Shown: positions 11,892 through 21,867 of the stretch, piece by piece
Position numbering within the stretch: the first letter of the stretch is position 1
Layout of the letters: each line of letters starts with the position of its first letter
Source: Lysobacterales bacterium
GTDB lineage: Bacteria > Pseudomonadota > Gammaproteobacteria > Xanthomonadales > Xanthomonadaceae
Direction of reading: 5' to 3'
Assembly: GCA_038316385.1 (NCBI GenBank)
Contig: JBBQAN010000001.1
Span: forward strand, 11,381-75,380
DNA: 64,000 nt
Position numbers and translations under genes: made by a program
The notes under the pieces: model-generated
Told to the model about the DNA's origin: nothing
Seen by the model: only the letters and a program-made list of their open reading frames with translations
Database searches by the model: none

Positions 11892-13709
11892 TTGGAACCA
11901 ACGTTGCCCGCCGATCCGAACCTTCCCGCCGTGCCGCGCATCCAGCGTTTGCCTGCGGGACGTTTGACGCTTGAGCACGTCCTGCTCGCCCTGGTCGAAG
12001 ATGGGATGGTCGCGGCGCACGATGCCGCGCGCGCCGGCGCGGCGGCACGCGAAACACGGCATATCGTCGATGTGCATCCGCTGGTGATGCTCGCCAATCT
12101 CAAGATTCCAGGCTCGCGCCCGCCCGGCGTCGAATTGAGTCTGGAACGTCTCGCCGAATGGCTCGCACTGGAAACCGGTTATCCGTATCTGCGCATCGAT
12201 CCCACCAAGGTCGATGTGGCGTCGGTCACCGGCATCGTCTCGCATGCGTATGCGCAGCGGCACCGCATCCTGCCGCTGGACGTCAACGCCGACCGCGTGC
12301 TGATCGCGACCAGCGAGCCGACCGACCTGGAATGGATGTCCGTCCTGCACCATCTGCTGCGCAAGGACATCGAACTGGTCGTGATCAATCCGCTCGACCT
12401 GAGCCGCTACTCGATGGAGTTTTTCGGCGTCACCCGTTCGGTGCGCGGAGCGAAGGAGAACCGCGACCAGAGCACCGGCATGCCGAGCTTCGAGCAGCTC
12501 GTCGAGCTCGGCCGCGCGGGCGAAGTCGGTGCCGACGATCGCCATATCGTCCATATCGTGGACTGGTTGCTGCAGTACGCGTACGAACAGCGCGCATCCG
12601 ACATCCATCTGGAGCCGCGCCGCGACATCAGCCGCATGCGCTTCCGCATCGATGGCTTGCTGCACAAGGTATTCGAATTGCCCACGCCGGTGATGATCGG
12701 CGTGGTCAGTCGCATCAAGGTGATGGGCCGAATGGATCTGGCCGAACGCCGGCGCCCGCAGGACGGCCGCATCAAGACGCGCTCGCCCGGCGGCCGCGAA
12801 TTCGAGATGCGCCTGTCAACGATGCCTACCGCGTTCGGCGAGAAGTGCGTGATGCGCATCTTCGATCCGGACACGGCGTTCAAGTCGCTCGAGCAACTTG
12901 GCTTCGATCATGGCGAAGCGGCGTCGTGGAATGAACTCATGCGGCGCCCGCACGGCATCGTGTTGGTGACCGGGCCGACCGGCTCGGGCAAGACCACGAC
13001 ACTGTATGCGGCGATGCGCCAGCTCGCGACCGCCGATGTGAACGTGTGCACGGTCGAGGACCCGATCGAGATGATCGCGACCGAGTTCAACCAGATGCAG
13101 GTGCATCCAGCGATCGATCTGACCTTCGCGTCTGGCGTACGCACCCTGCTGCGGCAGGACCCGGACATCATCATGATCGGCGAGATCCGCGACCTGGAAA
13201 CTGCGCAGATGGCGGTGCAAGCCGCGCTCACCGGGCATCTGGTGCTCTCGACGCTACATACCAACGACGCGCCGTCGGCGATCACGCGATTACTCGATCT
13301 GGGCGTGCCGCATTATCTGGTTGCATCCACGCTCAACGGCGTGCTCGCGCAACGACTGGTGCGGACTTTGTGTCCGCATTGCAAACAACCGGCCGCGATC
13401 GAAGAAGCGGGCTGGCTGTCGCTGCGCGATCGCAACCATCCGTTGCCGTTGCCGACGAGCGGATTCGCCGCAGTTGGCTGCCTTGAATGCCGTCGCACCG
13501 GTTATCTCGGTCGCGTGGGTTTGTACGAAATGCTGGTGGTCACGCCATCGCTGCGCAACTTGATCCGCTCCGATATCGATCAAGTCGCGTTCACGCGCGC
13601 GGCGATCGCCGAGGGCATGCGTCCGCTGCGCGTGGCGGGTGCTGAGAAAGTCGCGCAGGGCGTGACCACCGTCGAGGAAATCCTGTCCACCTTGCCGCCA
13701 CAAGACTGA
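11892..13709 (+). CDS. GspE/PilB-family type II/IV secretion ATPase with no other secretion components nearby
   Basis: T2SSE_N-like N-domain. Walker A VTGPTGSGKTTTLYA. Asp box and His box (LTGHLVLSTLHTNDA). C-terminal tetracysteine CPHC...CLEC. TTG start. Confidence 0.85.
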   Translation: MEPTLPADPNLPAVPRIQRLPAGRLTLEHVLLALVEDGMVAAHDAARAGAAARETRHIVDVHPLVMLANLKIPGSRPPGVELSLERLAEWLALETGYPYLRIDPTKVDVASVTGIVSHAYAQRHRILPLDVNADRVLIATSEPTDLEWMSVLHHLLRKDIELVVINPLDLSRYSMEFFGVTRSVRGAKENRDQSTGMPSFEQLVELGRAGEVGADDRHIVHIVDWLLQYAYEQRASDIHLEPRRDISRMRFRIDGLLHKVFELPTPVMIGVVSRIKVMGRMDLAERRRPQDGRIKTRSPGGREFEMRLSTMPTAFGEKCVMRIFDPDTAFKSLEQLGFDHGEAASWNELMRRPHGIVLVTGPTGSGKTTTLYAAMRQLATADVNVCTVEDPIEMIATEFNQMQVHPAIDLTFASGVRTLLRQDPDIIMIGEIRDLETAQMAVQAALTGHLVLSTLHTNDAPSAITRLLDLGVPHYLVASTLNGVLAQRLVRTLCPHCKQPAAIEEAGWLSLRDRNHPLPLPTSGFAAVGCLECRRTGYLGRVGLYEMLVVTPSLRNLIRSDIDQVAFTRAAIAEGMRPLRVAGAEKVAQGVTTVEEILSTLPPQD

Positions 13710-13734
13710 CGATGCGCCCACCGAAGCCGACAAC

Positions 13735-14466
13735 ATGACCATGAACGCGCCTTTCCTGATCATCGAGACCGGCGATCCGGCACCATCGTTGCGACGCTAC
13801 GGCAGCTTTGCACACTGGATTCGCGTCGCTGCCGGATTGCGTGCCGAGCAAGCGGCCGTCTATCGCGTCATCGACGGCCACGCGCTGCCGGAACGCGATG
13901 GATTCGCCGGCGCCCTGATCACGGGTTCCGGCGCGATGGTCACCGAACACCTCGACTGGAGCGAACGCAGCGCCGCGTGGCTGCGCGATGCTGCGCACGC
14001 GGGCATGCCGCTGTTCGGGATCTGCTACGGCCATCAATTGATCGCGCACGCGCTCGGCGGCGACGTCGGCTACAACCCGGTCGGACGCGAGATGGGCACG
14101 GTACGGGTCGAACGGCTCGCTGCGGCCATCGACGATCCATTGTTTGGCAAGCATCCGCAGAGCTTCGACGCGCACGCGACGCACTTGCAGACGATCACGC
14201 GTTTGCCCGAAGGCGCAGTCAAACTCGCGCGTTCGGAAAAAGACCAATGCCACGCATTTCGCTGGGGTTGCTCGGCCTGGGGCGTGCAATTCCATCCGGA
14301 ATTCAGCATCGCGATGATGCAGGGCTACATCGCCGCCCGCCACGAAAAGCTGTTGCACGAGGGCATCGACTCGAAGGTGCTGCATCGCGGTGTGCGCGCG
14401 GCGCCGTTCGCACGCAGGATATTGCGTCGATTCGTGCAGCACGCGCATTCGTTGCAGTCGCATTGA
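13735..14466 (+). CDS. class I glutamine amidotransferase-like protein (GMP-synthase-type GATase domain only)
   Basis: Nucleophile elbow GICYGHQLIAHALGG, and FQFHPE-like WGVQFHPEF. Confidence 0.8.
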   Translation: MTMNAPFLIIETGDPAPSLRRYGSFAHWIRVAAGLRAEQAAVYRVIDGHALPERDGFAGALITGSGAMVTEHLDWSERSAAWLRDAAHAGMPLFGICYGHQLIAHALGGDVGYNPVGREMGTVRVERLAAAIDDPLFGKHPQSFDAHATHLQTITRLPEGAVKLARSEKDQCHAFRWGCSAWGVQFHPEFSIAMMQGYIAARHEKLLHEGIDSKVLHRGVRAAPFARRILRRFVQHAHSLQSH

Positions 14467-14480
14467 AGGAGCAACACCGC

Positions 14481-15332
14481 ATGGATTTTCGTGTCGCGCC
14501 CGCAGGTCATGGCCTGACCTGGTTTCAGCAGTCGATCCGCATGCTCGACAAGAATCCGCGCGGATTGCTCGCCGTCGCCCTGCTTCTGGTGCTGCTCGAA
14601 CAGGCGCCGAACTTGCTGGCCGCGATTCCGAATCTTGCCGTCTCGATTTCGGTGTTGTTGATGTTGCTCGGCCCGACGCTGCTCGCCGGCATGTTTTATG
14701 CGATCGACGAAGCCAATGCCGGACGCCCGGTGTCGCCGCTGCATTTGTTCGAGGGCTTGCGTCGACGCGGCGCGCGCGCGCAATTGCTGTTGCTCGGTGT
14801 ATTCGTGTTGCTCGCGTTGCTGCTGGCCGCAGTGGCGGCGCAACGCATTCTCGGCGCTGATAACCTCGCAATTCTGGTGAAGGTGGCCGCGCAGAAACTT
14901 GCGTCCGACAGCGTCGAAGCGCAACAGATGTTCGGGCCATTGCTGAAGACCATGATGGTGATACTGGTCCTTTTGTTCGTGCTGCTGTCGGGGTTGTTTT
15001 TTGCAATACCGCAAGTGATGTTCGATGGTCGCAGCGCGTTGCCTGCATTCTTCCAGAGCATTGCCGCCTGCGCTGCGAACGTGCTGCCACTAACCGTGTA
15101 CGGATTGCTGCTGTTCGCCGCATGCGTCGGAGTCGGGTTGGCGCTGGGGATTCTTGCAGCCCTGCTTGGATTGCTTGGCACGCTGGGCGCGCTGTTGCTG
15201 GGTGCGGCCATGGTCGCGGTGACGGTGGTCGTGCTGCTGGTGAGCACTTCGGGAAATTACCTGGTCTGGCGCGAAGTATTCGGCCATGCCAGCACATCCA
15301 TTTCGCCGCCGCACGCAGGCATCGTCGTCTGA
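14481..15332 (+). CDS. polytopic inner-membrane protein of unknown function (BPSS1780-like)
   Basis: Start at ATG 14481 (MDFRVAPAGHGLTWFQQS). Multiple long hydrophobic helices. Sits 14 bp after the GATase gene. Confidence 0.65.
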   Translation: MDFRVAPAGHGLTWFQQSIRMLDKNPRGLLAVALLLVLLEQAPNLLAAIPNLAVSISVLLMLLGPTLLAGMFYAIDEANAGRPVSPLHLFEGLRRRGARAQLLLLGVFVLLALLLAAVAAQRILGADNLAILVKVAAQKLASDSVEAQQMFGPLLKTMMVILVLLFVLLSGLFFAIPQVMFDGRSALPAFFQSIAACAANVLPLTVYGLLLFAACVGVGLALGILAALLGLLGTLGALLLGAAMVAVTVVVLLVSTSGNYLVWREVFGHASTSISPPHAGIVV

Positions 15333-15361
15333 TTCGACCCGACGATCAGCGTGCGCAGGAA

Positions 15362-16012
15362 TCAAATTTGCGTCGCAGCATTGAATGCGGATGCAATTGC
15401 CGCGAATACGGCAACGACTCCGAACATGAACAACAACGCGTGCGCGCCGACGATCAACCAACCCCACAGCGGCATGTGCGTACGCGCAGCGTCGACGTTT
15501 TCCACGCGGGTATCGGCAACATAGTCGTGCAAGGCGCGGCGCTCGCGCGTCCACGCCACCATCGCGTGGCCGATGTTCAAGCTCAGCCACGACAGCCCAG
15601 CTGCGAAAAACCGGCCGACCGCGCGACCAAAGCCGATGCGCTTGCCACCGGCATCCACGACCTTGATGCCGAGCAGGTGTTTGCCGAGTGTTGCCTGCCA
15701 ACGCGAGGATTCACACAGCGCAAAATAAGCGCCTGCGATTACGACATAAGCAAGGCTGGAGAACACCAGCATGCTCGACAATGACGCTAGCGCATGCGCC
15801 AGCAACGCGGTTTGATCGGGCGATAATTCCTGCTGGTTCTGTACGGCGGTCAGGATCGAGCGCAACTGTTGGATGTCGCCGTCGCCTGGTGCGGAAAAAA
15901 ACAGACGACTCAGCAATTCCAGAACCAGATACACCAGCACGACGTCGATGAAATAGGCGACGTAACGCTTCCAGAATCCGGCCGGCGTATGCGACATGGC
16001 GATCTGATTCAT
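15362..16012 (-). CDS. RDD family membrane protein
   Basis: FWKRYVAYFIDVVL...GKHLLGIKVV...RRALHDYVADTRV is the RDD signature. ATGA overlap with the tatC stop. Confidence 0.8.
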   Translation of the reverse strand: MNQIAMSHTPAGFWKRYVAYFIDVVLVYLVLELLSRLFFSAPGDGDIQQLRSILTAVQNQQELSPDQTALLAHALASLSSMLVFSSLAYVVIAGAYFALCESSRWQATLGKHLLGIKVVDAGGKRIGFGRAVGRFFAAGLSWLSLNIGHAMVAWTRERRALHDYVADTRVENVDAARTHMPLWGWLIVGAHALLFMFGVVAVFAAIASAFNAATQI

Positions 16013-16794
16013 TGCGGCTCGATGGCGGTTGCGGGTTTGACGACCAGTTTCGCCGCAATCAGGCCGACCTCGTAGAGTAGGCACAGCGGAATCGCGAGCA
16101 TCAGCATCGATACCGCATCCGGCGGCGTGATCATCGCAGCGAGCACGAAATTGCCGACGATCGCATAAGGCCGCGCACTCTTGAGCTGCACCGGTGTCAC
16201 CCAGCCCAGCGCGACCAGGATCACCACCGCGACCGGAATCTCGAAACTTGCGCCGAACGCGATGAGAATCATGCCGACGAAATCCAGATAGTGGGTGATA
16301 TCGGTCATCATCGTCACGCCTTCGGGCGTCACGCTGGTCAGGAAGCGGAACACCATCGGCAACACCGCGAAATACGCGAACGCGCCGCCGGCATAGAACA
16401 GGCCCGTCGCGGAGACCAGCAGCGGCATCGCGAGACGCTTTTCGTGGCGATAAAGACCGGGCGCGACGAACGCCCAGAGCTGATAGATCACCATTGGCAT
16501 CGCGATCATTAATCCTGCGAAAAAACACAGTTTGATCGGGACGAAGAATGGCGAAGCCACATCGATCGCCACCAGATGCGCTCCGGGTGGCAGTCGCGTC
16601 AGCAACGGCGCGGCGAGCCACGAATACAACTGCGTCCGGATCGGCAGCAACGCGAGAAAGACCGCGATCACGGACAGCACGCTGCGCAACAGCCGCGAGC
16701 GCAATTCGACCAGGTGCGCGATGAGTCCTTGCTCAGGTTCGGCTGGTTCGTGTTTCGCCAAGTCGATTGCATCTACTGGCTTCTGCTCAAACAT
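16009..16794 (-). CDS. tatC: twin-arginine translocase subunit TatC
   Basis: 261 aa, six TM segments. HLVELRSRLL and FEIPV blocks. Confidence 0.95.
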   Translation of the reverse strand: MFEQKPVDAIDLAKHEPAEPEQGLIAHLVELRSRLLRSVLSVIAVFLALLPIRTQLYSWLAAPLLTRLPPGAHLVAIDVASPFFVPIKLCFFAGLMIAMPMVIYQLWAFVAPGLYRHEKRLAMPLLVSATGLFYAGGAFAYFAVLPMVFRFLTSVTPEGVTMMTDITHYLDFVGMILIAFGASFEIPVAVVILVALGWVTPVQLKSARPYAIVGNFVLAAMITPPDAVSMLMLAIPLCLLYEVGLIAAKLVVKPATAIEPQ

Positions 16795-17302
16795 CGAAAT
16801 GTCGCTCGGATGCGGGCAGCGGCAGGCGCATCTGCGGGTCGGCGTCGAGCAGGCTCATTTGCGCCGGATCATCATCGGATTGCACAGGTGCTGGATCGCC
16901 GGCTTCGGGATTCGTCGGTTCGGGTTGTGCGTTTGCAGTCGATGCAATCACGTGCCGTGTGAGCGGCGCGGCAGGCTGTTTGGTGGCGTGCTGGTTCAAG
17001 GCAGGCGACGTCATCGCCGCTGTCATGTCCGTCATCAGCGGATCTCTGCGCAGGGTTTCCGGCAAGGCGCGCATTTGCTGCATGCCATCGCGAACTGCGT
17101 CGGATGTCTCGCGAATGCTGCGGCGCAGTTCTTCGTCGGCGAGTTCGTTCTCGAGTTCGGCCTTCACCGCATTCCATTGCGCGCGCGCCTTGCGCGCCCA
17201 CAGACCCGCCAGCCGCGCGACCTTGGGCAGGCGTTCGGGGCCGAGCACGACCAGCGCGACTACCGCGATCAGCAGCAGTTCGCCGAAACCGAAATCGAAC
17301 AT
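16787..17302 (-). CDS. tatB: twin-arginine translocase subunit TatB
   Basis: MFDFGFGELLLIAVVALVVLGPERLPKVAR. Overlaps the tatC start. Confidence 0.9.
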   Translation of the reverse strand: MFDFGFGELLLIAVVALVVLGPERLPKVARLAGLWARKARAQWNAVKAELENELADEELRRSIRETSDAVRDGMQQMRALPETLRRDPLMTDMTAAMTSPALNQHATKQPAAPLTRHVIASTANAQPEPTNPEAGDPAPVQSDDDPAQMSLLDADPQMRLPLPASERHFDV

Positions 17303-17330
17303 GGCTCGCTACGCGGGCGTGGCGAGGGAC

Positions 17331-17606
17331 TCAGCCACGCGCGAGCGGATCGTCGCCGGGCGCCGGCGGCGGGCGTTGCACGCGGGTGATGTCGGCCGGC
17401 GGCTGGGTCGGATCGATGGCTGGCTGGATCGGATCGGTGATTTTCGGGTCCGCAGTCTTCGCGTCGGTCTCATCGCGCACGGCTTTCTTGAATTCCTTGA
17501 CCGCGCCGCCGACATCCGAACCCATGTTACGCAGCTTCTTGGTGCCGAAAATCAGCACCACGATGATGAGAATGATCAGCAAATGCCAAGGCGAAAAAAG
17601 ATCCAT
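17331..17606 (-). CDS. tatA: twin-arginine translocase subunit TatA
   Basis: [42 protein letters not shown]. Start set at the internal ATG 17606. Confidence 0.9.
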   Translation of the reverse strand: MDLFSPWHLLIILIIVVLIFGTKKLRNMGSDVGGAVKEFKKAVRDETDAKTADPKITDPIQPAIDPTQPPADITRVQRPPPAPGDDPLARG

Positions 17607-17679
17607 GCTGTGCTCCCCTCGCAATGCGAGGAAGTGAAAACGCTGCGCAAAGGATAGCGCAGACGCTGATGCAACGCGC

Positions 17680-18495
17680 TCAACCGCCTTTCAGGGGAAC
17701 GGTTTGCGCCGGTTGCGGGTCCTGATCATTGTGTTGATCGCGATCATCGCCGTTCGGCGCAGGCTGCATCGGTTGTGGTCGTGATTGCGGATACGTATCG
17801 CGGTCGCGCGGATGGTAGCGCTTGCTTGCGCTGTATTCCTCCAGCCTGTCGCGAAAATCCACTACCGACGCCGGCGGCGCATTCACCCGTCCCTCGAAGA
17901 TCGCGCGTGGGGTGGTGTCGGGTCCGTAGATTGCGGCGTTCGAGTGATCGTCGATTTGCAATGCCGAGCCATCCAGCGCCACGCCTGCAAACAGCCCGCG
18001 CGCGCGCGAATACGAATAAATCTCGGCCTTGAGTTGTTCGTCGGTCGCTGCCGATGCAGTGCGACCAACGGGCCCGGCCGCGACCGAGGCATCCGCACCG
18101 AGGGTGAATTTGCCGTGCACGATCGAATCGACGCCGCGCGGGGTGCTGAAAATCAGCACGACGTCCGTGCTCTGGATGCCGGCCTGAAAGCCGACGCTTC
18201 CGCCTGTAATAGTGATGAAACTGGGATTGCTCCAGACACCATCGCGTCCGCGTACCGAGATCAGGCCGCGTCCGAAGCGTCCGCCAACCACGAAACCGGC
18301 CTTGACCACGTCCGGGATCACCGCGATCGCATGCGCGTTGTCGAGCATCGACTGGGGCACCGATTGCTCGGGAATGCGCATGATCGTGTCCAGCACCGAC
18401 ACCGCATCGCGCGCGCGAGTTTCTTCAGGCGCTCCGGCAAAAGCCGCGCTGCTGGCGAGCAGCAGGGTTGCGATGAGGGCGATCATTCGACGCAT
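17680..18495 (-). CDS. exported SYLF (Ysc84/DUF500) lipid-binding domain protein
   Basis: Signal peptide [29 protein letters not shown]...[16 protein letters not shown]...[18 protein letters not shown] pattern. Low-complexity tail. Confidence 0.7.
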   Translation of the reverse strand: MRRMIALIATLLLASSAAFAGAPEETRARDAVSVLDTIMRIPEQSVPQSMLDNAHAIAVIPDVVKAGFVVGGRFGRGLISVRGRDGVWSNPSFITITGGSVGFQAGIQSTDVVLIFSTPRGVDSIVHGKFTLGADASVAAGPVGRTASAATDEQLKAEIYSYSRARGLFAGVALDGSALQIDDHSNAAIYGPDTTPRAIFEGRVNAPPASVVDFRDRLEEYSASKRYHPRDRDTYPQSRPQPMQPAPNGDDRDQHNDQDPQPAQTVPLKGG

Positions 18496-18608
18496 GGCGG
18501 TCTCCGAAAAAATGTGTGCGAACGTGCAGTATCGCGCGAACCGATGAATCGTGTGTGAGCCAACGCCGGCGCGGGCGATACTATCGCGCGACCGCATCCG
18601 GAGCATTC

Positions 18609-19616
18609 ATGACCGCAGCCGACATCATTACAGAAACGATGCCCATCGCAGACGCGCGCGGCGCCGTGTTGCTGGTCAACCTAGGCACGCCAGATGCGCC
18701 GACGGCGGGCGCGGTGCGGCGTTATCTCGCTGAGTTCCTGCACGATCATCGCGTCGTCGATCTGAGCCGCTGGCTGTGGTGCCCGATCCTGCATGGCGCG
18801 ATCCTGCCGCTGCGATCAAAGCGCGTGGCAAAGAATTACGCCAAGGTATGGCTCGACCGCGGCTCACCGTTGCGCGTGCACACGCAAGATCTGGCTGACG
18901 CCGTACAAACGCGCCTGCCGGGTCTGCGCGTGCAGATGGCGATGCGTTACGGCAACCCGCATCTTCGCGACGTGCTGCGCGGCTTGCGCGATGAGGGGTT
19001 GCATCGGTTGCTGGTATTGCCCCTGTATCCCCAGTATTCGGCAACGACGACGGCTTCCGTCTTCGATGCGCTTGCCAACGAATTCGCGCGTTGGAGCGAC
19101 TTGCCGGATCTGCGTTTCATACGCGATTATCACGACGATGCCGGCTGGCTCGACGCGCTGGCCGCAAACATCCACGCGCAACGCAGTGCAGCGCCCGCAG
19201 AAAAATTGCTGCTGTCGTTTCATGGCATTCCCGAGCGTTACGTCCGCAATGGCGATCCGTATCCGCGCGAATGCGCAGCGAGCGCCGCAGCTCTCGCGCA
19301 GCGACTGGGGTTGACTGCCGATCAATGGAACCTCAGTTACCAATCGCGCTTCGGTCGCGAACCGTGGCTCGGGCCGGCCACGTCGGACGTGTTGCGCGAC
19401 TGGGCGCGGCAGGGCGTGGCGCGAGTGGATGTGGCGTGCCCCGGATTCGCAGTCGATTGCCTGGAAACGCTGGAGGAAATCGCGATGGAGAATGCCGATG
19501 TCTTCGTGCGCAACGGCGGCAAGACCTTGAATTATCTGCCCGCATTGAATGCCGACGCCACGCATGCCGATGCGCTCGCCGCATTGATACGTCGCCACAC
19601 AACAGGATGGAATTGA
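18609..19616 (+). CDS. hemH: ferrochelatase
   Basis: VLLVNLGTPDAP...VRRYLAEFLHDHRVVD and LLLSFHGIP. Start at ATG 18609. Confidence 0.9.
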   Translation: MTAADIITETMPIADARGAVLLVNLGTPDAPTAGAVRRYLAEFLHDHRVVDLSRWLWCPILHGAILPLRSKRVAKNYAKVWLDRGSPLRVHTQDLADAVQTRLPGLRVQMAMRYGNPHLRDVLRGLRDEGLHRLLVLPLYPQYSATTTASVFDALANEFARWSDLPDLRFIRDYHDDAGWLDALAANIHAQRSAAPAEKLLLSFHGIPERYVRNGDPYPRECAASAAALAQRLGLTADQWNLSYQSRFGREPWLGPATSDVLRDWARQGVARVDVACPGFAVDCLETLEEIAMENADVFVRNGGKTLNYLPALNADATHADALAALIRRHTTGWN

Positions 19617-20455
19617 TGGAAGAGATTTTCCTGGACAGCGCGCGCGGACGCATCGCCGCATTGCGCAGCGGCAGCAAGGGCGGTGCACCCTTGCTCGCGA
19701 TGCATGGCTGGCTCGACAATGCCGCGAGCTTCGTACCGCTGATGCCGCATTTGCGCGAATTCGACATCGTTGCGCTCGACTTGCCGGGTCACGGCGCGTC
19801 TTCGCATCGTGGCGAGGGATACGACTACGCCTTCGTGGACTGGATCCACGATGCGCTTGACGCACTCGATGCGCTGGGCTGGCAACGCGCGCGTCTGCTC
19901 GGACATTCGATGGGCGCGGCGATCGCCACGATGGTTGCCGCTGCCGCACCCGAACGCGTCGAAAAACTCGCCGTGATCGAAGCGCTCGGCCCGCTTGCCG
20001 GTGCCGCCACGTCAGCGGGTGAACGCCTGCGCCAGGCCGTCACCGCACGGCGCACGGCAGCGCAACGCCCGCGCCGGATGATTCCTAATATCGAAGCCGC
20101 AGTAAAAGCGCGGCTCGCAGTCGGCGACATGAGCGATGCCGCCGCACGGCTGATCGTCTCGCGCAATCTCGAAGCCGTCGAAGGCGGCTGGCGCTGGCGC
20201 AGCGATTCGCGTCTGGTGCTGCCTTCGCATCTGCGCATTACCGAAGAAGCGGCGTTGAGCATCGTCAGCGCCGTCGAAGCACCGACCTTGTTGATCGTAG
20301 CCGATCCCTCACCACCGTACTTCACGCCCGAAATGCGCGATGAACGCGTCGCCTGCCTGCGCAATGGTCGCCTGATCGTGTTGCCTGGTAGCCATCACCT
20401 GCACATGGAGCAACCCGACGTTGTCGCGCCGCTGTTGCTGGATTTCCTGCGCTGA
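19616..20455 (+). CDS. alpha/beta hydrolase fold protein
   Basis: HGWLDNAASF and the nucleophile elbow GHSMGA. The ATG overlaps the hemH stop (TGATG). An alternative ATG lies at 19607. Confidence 0.8.
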   Translation: MEEIFLDSARGRIAALRSGSKGGAPLLAMHGWLDNAASFVPLMPHLREFDIVALDLPGHGASSHRGEGYDYAFVDWIHDALDALDALGWQRARLLGHSMGAAIATMVAAAAPERVEKLAVIEALGPLAGAATSAGERLRQAVTARRTAAQRPRRMIPNIEAAVKARLAVGDMSDAAARLIVSRNLEAVEGGWRWRSDSRLVLPSHLRITEEAALSIVSAVEAPTLLIVADPSPPYFTPEMRDERVACLRNGRLIVLPGSHHLHMEQPDVVAPLLLDFLR

Positions 20456-20527
20456 TCGAGATGCGAATCGGAGTAGTCCTCGCACGAAATGAGCTCGTCG
20501 TGACAACCCGCCAAGCCCTTGATGGAC

Positions 20528-21322
20528 TTAGTTCGCGACCAACCGCCTCATGCTCGCCTTCAGCGCCGCGCCTTCTCCGTGCAGATAGTCGCGCTGGGCG
20601 CGCCAGTCGGCGCCGCGCGCCTCGACCTCGCGCCAGAATGCACGCGAATGATTGCGATGCAGCAGATGGCAAAGCTCGTGCACCAGCACATATTCGAATG
20701 CGTCGGGCTTGCCGAGCACCAGCGCAAGGTCCAGCGACAACGCATCGCGCGCGCTCAGCGAACCCCACAGCGAGGACAGCGGACGCAACCGGATTGCGCT
20801 CGGTGCGCGCGGCAGAGCCGGCAGATAGATCGGAAGCCATCGACCAATATCTGCGCGTGCCTCGGCAAGATAGAATTCCTTGAGCGCGCGGCGCGCGGAT
20901 GCATCCGTGGCAGACGCCGGCAACGCGACCACCGCGCCATGCTCGTCGCATCGCGCGCGCGCATAGCGACCGACTTCCCAGCGCAGCGGCAGGCTTTCGC
21001 CGCGCAACGGTATCGTTTCGGTATCGCGTCCGAATGGCGCTGCATGACGCGACGCGATCCAACGCGGCAGTTGCATTGCGATCCACTCGCGATGTTCGTG
21101 CAGGAACGCATCGGCCGCGCGCAACGACGCGCGCGTCGGCAGGGTTAGCCGCACGCCGCGCTCGCTCACCGACAGCTTGATCCGCCGCGCGCGTGGATGA
21201 CGCACGCGCTGCACGGCAACTTCGCTGCCATCGGACAGCCGCAATACGATGGTTTCGCTCAACGCGACAGGGCGCACGCGAGTTGGGGCGATCAGGCGAC
21301 GCAAAAATGATGGCATGCGCAC
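20528..21322 (-). CDS. YgjP-like (DUF45, M48-type) metal-dependent hydrolase
   Basis: HELCHLLHRNHSRAFW HExxH-type motif near the C-terminus. Confidence 0.8.
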   Translation of the reverse strand: MRMPSFLRRLIAPTRVRPVALSETIVLRLSDGSEVAVQRVRHPRARRIKLSVSERGVRLTLPTRASLRAADAFLHEHREWIAMQLPRWIASRHAAPFGRDTETIPLRGESLPLRWEVGRYARARCDEHGAVVALPASATDASARRALKEFYLAEARADIGRWLPIYLPALPRAPSAIRLRPLSSLWGSLSARDALSLDLALVLGKPDAFEYVLVHELCHLLHRNHSRAFWREVEARGADWRAQRDYLHGEGAALKASMRRLVAN

Positions 21323-21584
21323 AGCATGCGGGCCAAAGCAGCTCAGTCAAGTGATCATTGTGCAATCGCGCGCTGAGACTCCGACCGGCCTGTTGAGGCA
21401 GGATCGTCTGCGATTTCACAGTTTCGTATCCGAATACGCATGCCCAGTAAAGCCAATACGGAGGCAGTGCTTCAACAGCGACACGAAAATGTAGGAGAAT
21501 TCCTACATGCTGTCGCTGGTTTCGCTGACTGCGCAGCCGCCGCGCCGGGATGAGACTGGCTTCCGGCAACCACAAGGAACAGCC

Positions 21585-21851
21585 ATGATCGACCTCAAAT
21601 CCATCGACGACCTCGCCCGCCGCCTCAGCGACATGGTTCCGCCCGGTGCGCGCGACGCCGCTGGCGACTTGCACCAGCATTTCCGCTCGACGATCCAGGT
21701 CGGCCTCGGCAAGCTCGATCTGGTCACCCGCGAGGAATTTGATGTGCAGCGCGCGGTGTTGCTGCGCACACGAGAAAAGCTCGAACTGGTCGAGAACATG
21801 CTAATGCTGGTCGAGGCGCGGCTCGATGCGCTGACCGGCCCGAATCACTGA
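21585..21851 (+). CDS. ubiK: ubiquinone biosynthesis accessory factor UbiK (YqiC/BMFP family)
   Basis: Small coiled-coil protein with DLVTREEFDVQRAVLLRTREKLELVE. Start at ATG 21585. Confidence 0.7.
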   Translation: MIDLKSIDDLARRLSDMVPPGARDAAGDLHQHFRSTIQVGLGKLDLVTREEFDVQRAVLLRTREKLELVENMLMLVEARLDALTGPNH

Positions 21852-21867
21852 TTCCCGGCTGATTTCG

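Noticed and set aside
11892-12300. Possible MshEN-type cyclic-di-GMP binding motif in the N-domain of the GspE-like ATPase (RLTLEHVLLALVEDGMVAAHDA).
   Set aside because: The spacing does not fit the RLGxxLLxxGLIxxxxLxxxLxxQ pattern as I remember it. It is left as an assay suggestion only.
15362-16621. N-terminal extensions of maximal ORFs. Examples: the RDD ORF to 16621, the SCO ORF 29685-31064, the sirB2-like ORF to 34233, the arfB ORF to 41365, the M16 ORF to 56197, hemN to 40113, and the hemD, hemX and hemH extensions.
   Set aside because: The extensions overlap upstream genes, are compositionally shadow-like, and sit ahead of internal ATG/GTG codons that give signal peptides, RBSs or orthologue-like N-termini. 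The shorter starts were used.
17607-17640. Small hairpin CCTCGC-AAT-GCGAGG just upstream of tatA, resembling the dispersed repeat hairpin.
   Set aside because: Only a 6-bp stem and no G-box. It overlaps the likely tatA RBS, and the similarity to the repeat family is weak.
21498-21517. Short inverted repeat ATGTAGG-N6-CCTACAT in the ygjP-ubiK divergent region.
   Set aside because: Only 7-bp arms. It overlaps a spurious ATG, has no second copy in the window and no linked regulator, so it may well be chance.
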